From: Lama guanicoe
Lineage: Eukaryota
Direction of reading: 5' to 3'
DNA: 64,000 nucleotides
Assembly (NCBI GenBank): GCA_013239625.1
Contig: MU053934.1
Span: forward strand, 2,163,031-2,227,030
Within the stretch, counting starts at the first letter, position 1, and every line of letters begins with the position of its first letter. Below the pieces are notes generated by a model. That model had not been told where the DNA came from. It did not search any database and worked only from the letters and a program-made list of their open reading frames with translations. Made by a program: the position numbers and the translations under genes. Below are positions 62,941-64,000 of the stretch, piece by piece.

Positions 62941-64000
62941 ACTGAAACCAGAGTCTTCAACAGACACTTGTAACTAGTGTTCCTGGCAGCATAATTCACA
63001 AAGGCCAAAAGTTAGAAGCAACCCAAATTTCTATCAATGGATGAAGAAGAAAAAAATGTGGTCTATACATACAGTGGAATATGATTCACATGAAAAATAA
63101 AGGGAATGCGGACATGCGGTACAACGTGGGGGAAAATGAAGAACATTACGCTCAGTGCAAGGAAACAGCCACTAAGGGACAAAGACCATATTATTCTCCA
63201 CGTATGAGGCACCCAGGTTAAACCAATTCCTAGAGACTAAAGGTAGGGGAAAAAAAGTAAAATGGGAGTTCCCAGGGACTGTGAGAGGGGGGAGGAGCAG
63301 TGTTTTGGGGACAAAGTCTCGATTTTACAAGATGAAAGAGCCGTGGAGCTATGGATGGCGGTGACGGTGGCACAACCTTCTGAATGTATTTACCCCGCAG
63401 CTGCACACTTTGAAACTGCTAAGGTGGTAAATGAGAGGTCACGCATATCTTACTTCATGAACCACGGAATTTGGAAAAAGAAGCCAGTCATAGCTCACGG
63501 TGAAAAAGAATGCGACAATGACTATATGTACATTCATGTATAACTGAAAAATTGTCCGTTACACTAGGAACTGACCCAACATTGTAAACTCACTATAACT
63601 CAACAACAACAACGAAAAAGAAGCCGCTCATACACGGACAAACACGGATTCCTCTCAAACGCGGTCCATACGGTACCAGGTTCCTGAGGCCAGGGAGGGC
63701 AGTGGTGCTTCCCAGGGATGGAGGGCAGAGGGATGTGGAGTTAGTGTTTCATGAGGATTGAGTTTCAGGTTTGGGAGATGTAAACATTCTGTGACTGCAT
63801 GGTGCTGCTGGGCTCCCAAGAATGTGAACGCCCTTAATGTCACTGAACTGGACACTTAAAAAAGGTGAAATGTGAAATTTTGTTTGGTATATTTTACCAC
63901 AACTACATTTGTAAAACAAAAATCCTTAACCCAGCCTTTGGGGAAAACCACAACAGCACCTGAACCCTTTACCATCTGAAAGCATCTTCACACCCAGGAC

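Larger units (their letters stand above)
5730..64000. repeat. Tandem segmental duplication array, three APOL units
   Basis: Collinear homology among about 5.7-24.9 kb, 24.9-41.4 kb and 41.4-64 kb, including introns, shared repeat insertions and intergenic DNA. Confidence 0.95.

Noticed and set aside
1..64000. CRISPR arrays, rRNA, true tRNA genes or prokaryotic systems
   Set aside because: The sequence is mammalian, no repeat-spacer pattern is visible, and the tRNA-like segments are SINE heads or the PBS.

Overview
Mammalian genomic DNA from a draft assembly with N gaps. A camelid is likely, because tRNA-derived SINEs resemble the camelid Vic-1 family. The window covers a tandem cluster of apolipoprotein L (APOL) genes on the minus strand, built from repeated units of roughly 16-20 kb. 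Copy A (CDS exons 12774-12804, 10747-10867, 6808-7669; 337 aa) and copy B (32674-32704, 29993-30113, 26088-26961; 341 aa) have intact frames, canonical splice sites and a non-coding first exon next to an IRF/ISRE-type element. Both lack an APOL1-type signal peptide. Copy C (about 41.4-64 kb, promoter beyond the window) appears to be a pseudogene: its large last coding exon is missing, its middle exon is partly deleted and frameshifted, and a 7.7 kb decayed gamma-like (class I) endogenous retrovirus sits in its 3' region. The provirus has unusually divergent LTRs and no short target-site duplication. Instead it is flanked by a 56-bp diverged repeat of host sequence, which suggests a chimera of two independent insertions in paralogous APOL units. 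Other notable points are fast protein divergence between copies A and B, a D-to-N change at the position matching the APOL1 pore residue D348 in copy A, and a near-identical 1.9 kb tract shared by A and B. I see no evidence for a wholly new type of system. The best leads are this lineage-specific APOL array and its rearrangements. All identities are hand estimates, not computed alignments.
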